Below are positions 63,852 through 64,000 of a stretch of DNA of 64,000 nt, one piece after another. The stretch's first letter is position 1, and every line of letters starts with the position of its first letter. The position numbers were made by a program, and so were the translations under genes. Source of the DNA: an uncultured Verrucomicrobiae bacterium. GTDB taxonomy: Bacteria; Verrucomicrobiota; Verrucomicrobiia; Limisphaerales; JAFGQR01. The stretch spans positions 296,469 through 360,468 of the forward strand of contig CAWBHS010000057.1 of the NCBI GenBank assembly GCA_963788655.1. Direction: 5' to 3'. The notes under the pieces are model-generated. The model saw only the letters and a program-made list of their open reading frames with translations, did not search any database and had not been told where the DNA came from.

Positions 63852-64000
63852 TCACTGTGGGGAGCGAGGATCATAAACAAAAGCATCAATGGGCACCCAG
63901 CCTCCGGCACCCGGGGAGTTCTTCTGGGGAGCAACAACAATCTTGATGGTATGTGGCGCATCGGGCAGCGAACGGTTTTCATAGAGCACCTGTTGCTTTT
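63852..64000 (-). CDS. C-terminal end of a protein entering from the right (carbohydrate-binding-like beta-sandwich)
   Basis: Minus-strand translation KQQVLYENRSLPDAPHTIKIVVAPQKNSPGAGGWVPIDAFVYDPRSPQ-stop. Confidence 0.6.
   Translation of the reverse strand, partial: KQQVLYENRSLPDAPHTIKIVVAPQKNSPGAGGWVPIDAFVYDPRSPQ

Noticed and set aside
63746..63982. 78-aa ORF from the track at the right edge
   Set aside because: An overlapping frame ending at 63852 gives a more protein-like C-terminus of a gene entering from outside the window.

Overview
GC-rich bacterial chromosome segment. Gene content suggests Verrucomicrobiota (Pedosphaerales/Limisphaerales-like); this is an inference. From left to right: (1) the end of a decayed defence island integrated at tRNA-Leu(GAG), with a type III restriction Res C-terminus, a PIN protein, an hsdR fragment and a truncated tyrosine integrase; (2) housekeeping genes (TPR protein, ispA, rpoZ, smpB, a BadF-kinase/MurQ fusion, mnmE); (3) two very large secreted LamG/LTD/CotH proteins; (4) a ~23.5 kb AraC-linked sugar-catabolism cluster with two separate E1ab+E2 2-oxoacid-dehydrogenase-like modules, ALDH, a UxaE-family epimerase, a transaldolase-like protein, two SDRs, two GH36 and one GH2; (5) a mosaic of gene remnants (GxxExxY, TIR and Roc/COR-like pieces, a ubiD 3' fragment, ISAzo13) with a DEDDh exonuclease and vapBC; (6) a prolyl oligopeptidase and a beta-helix protein; (7) an inactivated REP-associated tyrosine transposase among GTAG-type REPs (10 copies in the window); (8) a sugar-acid operon (FAH, CMD, FGGY kinase, eda). 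The window is rich in small selfish DNA: a 146-bp MITE with 4-bp target duplications that carries a REP doublet (3 copies), a four-helix-bundle gene bracketed by inverted heptamer arrays with an ORF-less sibling, and several more REP-like families. Many genes, including mnmE, carry single-base frameshifts that are most likely long-read errors, so frameshifted genes are reported as single CDSs with approximate junctions.
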